Shown one piece after another: positions 62,837 to 64,000 of a DNA stretch of 64,000 nucleotides. The notes below the pieces were generated by a model, which had not been told where the DNA came from, searched no databases, and saw only the letters and a list, made by a program, of their open reading frames with translations. Made by a program: the position numbers and the translations under genes. Every line of letters begins with the position of its first letter. Within the stretch, counting starts at the first letter, position 1. Origin of the DNA: Marsupella aquatica (Eukaryota; Plantae; Marchantiophyta); NCBI GenBank assembly GCA_973895155.1, contig OZ316894.1, forward strand, positions 17,452,563-17,516,562, given 5' to 3'.

Positions 62837-64000
62837 TACCCCCTACTGTCACTCCGTTGTTGATACCAAACATCAGAGCAAGGAAATTCATGGCAATCAA
62901 TGCTGAAAACAGAAACAGACGAAAAACAAGCAAAATGCATCAAGAATACAGAAACACAATAAAAGGCTTTGACCAAATTGAGCTTTCAAAAAATTGTGCC
63001 TCAATTTCATTGGTCCTGCACCACGTTCAAATCGTCTTGTATGGCCCTCAGTCTTGATAGGTACTTGATTCAAAAATATAAAACGTGAGGGTTCTCCCCT
63101 CAAGTCAGTTCCACAGGATGAAGTTCAGGAAAAAAGTGCCTCAATCCCCCTGAAACAAACCTATTCCTGACTTTATTATTATCCAGAGCTTTTCAATTCA
63201 AATCTGAAATTTATTGTAGATTGATGAGTGATAGTGAATGTTCTAGTGTTTAGTTTGAGAGCCAATTACTTTTTTAAATAGGGACTTTAACAGGAAGGCA
63301 GGCCTCATATTTGCAGACTTCACAATTTGAGAAGTGAAATTGTTGTTGGATGGGACACAAATGCTTAATGAACCCCCACGTACAGATTTAAAGTCACCCC
63401 AAGACCCTAGTTTATTTAGTAAACTATAAAAAACAACACAAAACTTGGTATAGTATACGATGTGGCCAATCTTTACAGCGTAAGACCCCCAATTTTGAAA
63501 CTGAAGTGGATGAGGAGGTGGGTTAGCAAACACAACATTTATCCCTGTGTGCATTTGACCAAGCCATGAGCAGACCGTGAGAGTCTTTGACGGAACACAA
63601 ATTTTGAATTCTGTGAAGAAAGCTTACTCCACTTTTTCTAAGAAACAACTCAGTCTAATCTAGGACAAACAACAGCCTATGTGTAGCATTTTATGTCATA
63701 CAAATCAATTTAAATTAGCGCGTCTACAGAGATGTCTTGACTTGGATGTAATCCTATTTGCTGGCAGCCATCGATTTAAATTAGCTTGTCTAGGTGACTT
63801 GGTTTGCTTGTAATCCTTCTTGCTGTACAGTGCTTTTGTCGGTATTGCTGTACTTTTGTGACAGAATGAAAGCTAAAGCTCACTGGGGCTTGTCCCTTTA
63901 GTTTTCCAACAAAAAAAAACAAGTTCTGTTTATATGCATTAACTTAAAATACATTCATTATCACTCACATGGTCCTTTGGTGACTCATTATGCGCAGTCC

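Overview
Eukaryotic land-plant genomic DNA with GT-AG introns. It is most likely a bryophyte/liverwort; this is inferred from gene content and style, not proven. Six intact-looking genes could be spliced by hand: (1) an ATL13/46-type RING-H2 E3 ligase (-, 17.1-19.4 kb); (2) a 12-exon, ~1020-aa protein joining ~11 Sfi1/POC5-type centrin-binding repeats (33-aa period) to a coiled coil, a 6-bladed Kelch propeller and a second coiled coil (+, 30.3-37.1 kb), which is the most unusual item; (3) a single-exon F-box protein (-); (4) RPA2/RPA32 (+, 10 exons, E2F site upstream); (5) CCDC124/Lso2 (+, 2 exons); (6) an alpha/beta hydrolase (+, 4 exons). Intergenic DNA holds a ~360-bp non-autonomous Helitron family (A|TC...CTAG|T, one copy nested in another) and three GC-rich MITEs with CCCGGTTT-type ends and 8-bp TSDs. 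It also holds a MITE carrying a tRNA-like core and many local tandem duplications. A gene-fragment mosaic at 1-5.3 kb contains LRR-like and F-box relics plus an inverted copy of the ATL gene's 3' flank. Most short ORFs in the track are spurious.
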